Shown here: positions 63,374-64,000 of the stretch, piece by piece
Position numbering within the stretch: position 1 is the stretch's first letter
Layout: each line of letters opens with the position of its first letter
NCBI GenBank assembly: GCA_052327205.1
Contig: CM126233.1
Span: 36,890,001-36,954,000 of the forward strand
Source of the DNA: Somniosus microcephalus
Lineage: Eukaryota
Length of the DNA stretch: 64,000 nt
Direction of reading: 5' to 3'
Program-made: the position numbers and the translations under genes
Notes under the pieces: generated by a model
Told to the model about the DNA's origin: nothing
Databases searched by the model: none
Seen by the model: only the letters and a program-made list of their open reading frames with translations

Positions 63374-63932
63374 AGACATAGAAACATAGAAGATAGGAGC
63401 AGGAGTAGGCCATTCGGCCCCTCGAGCCTGTTCCGCCATTTAATGAGATCATGGCTGATCATCCAAACTCAGTACCCTGTGACGTAATAAAGACTCACTA
63501 CGCACTTGGTTGTACATAAAGCAAGGCTTTAATCGACTTGTAACAAAACATGGAGGTCTAGTTAGTAGTCACTCGCTTCCTGTTTCCAGACCGTCTCTCG
63601 CCAAGGTGGGCCCACGCCCGAGTATTTATGCTCCTTGGGCGGCGCCCTCAGCTGGCCGTTCAGTAGTACTTCCTGAGTTACTTCTTGTAGAAGTTGCGAT
63701 TTATGACACCCTTTCCCTGCTTTCTCCCCGTATCCCTTGATCCCTTTAGCCTTAAGAAATATATCTAACTCCTCCTTGAATATGTTTAATGTATTGGCCT
63801 CAATTGCCTTGTGTGGTAGAGAATTCCACAGGTTCACCACACTCTGGGTGAAGAAATTCCTCCTCATCGCTGTCCTAAATGGCTTACCCCTTATCCTTAG
63901 ACTGTGACCCCTGGTTCTGCACTCCCCCACCA
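63374..63932 (-). mobile_element. CR1 LINE 3' fragment interrupted by a solo LTR
   Basis: RTRGHSLRIRGKPFRTAMRRNFFTQSVVNLWNSLP; (acatagaa)n tail. Confidence 0.92.
63478..63708 (-). mobile_element. Solo LTR (probably Gypsy-type), 231 bp
   Basis: TGT...ACA termini with a short CCC(T) direct repeat; minus strand has CATAAATA then ATTAAA; the CR1 host resumes across it. Confidence 0.75.
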
Positions 63933-64000
63933 GTGATCCAGAGCAGCAATATGGTTTTTCCCCGCCCCCCCCCCCCCTCCGTAGCTCAGGGATACCGCAG

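Overview
Vertebrate nuclear genomic DNA, very likely from a cartilaginous fish (inferred from the CR1, L2, DeuSINE and Penelope repeat set; species not determinable). The whole window lies inside one plus-strand gene, unconventional myosin IXa (MYO9A). Sixteen GT-AG exons with mutually consistent splice phases encode the C-terminal half of the motor domain (with the class IX loop-2 insert), six IQ motifs and the start of the tail. The gene's start and its C1/RhoGAP end lie outside the window. Introns are filled with 5'-truncated LINEs (CR1, L2, Rex1/Babar, RTE), a Penelope-like element, solo terminal repeats with minimal hammerhead-ribozyme cores, tRNA-derived SINEs, TA-flanked Tc1/mariner-pogo-type MITEs, a solo LTR and a 67-bp minisatellite. 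I see no evidence of a novel multi-gene system, and most short ORFs in the track are noise or TE fragments. The best leads are two in-frame 24-nt microexon candidates and a frameshifted donor-extension relic in loop 2, a conserved 71-codon tail cassette exon, hammerhead-bearing Penelope repeats, LF-SINE-like copies, two intact Rex1/Babar LINEs nested in one CR1, and MITEs carrying an RFX-like palindrome. Homology statements rest on my recollection of reference sequences, not on database searches. TE boundaries are approximate unless termini or TSDs are given.
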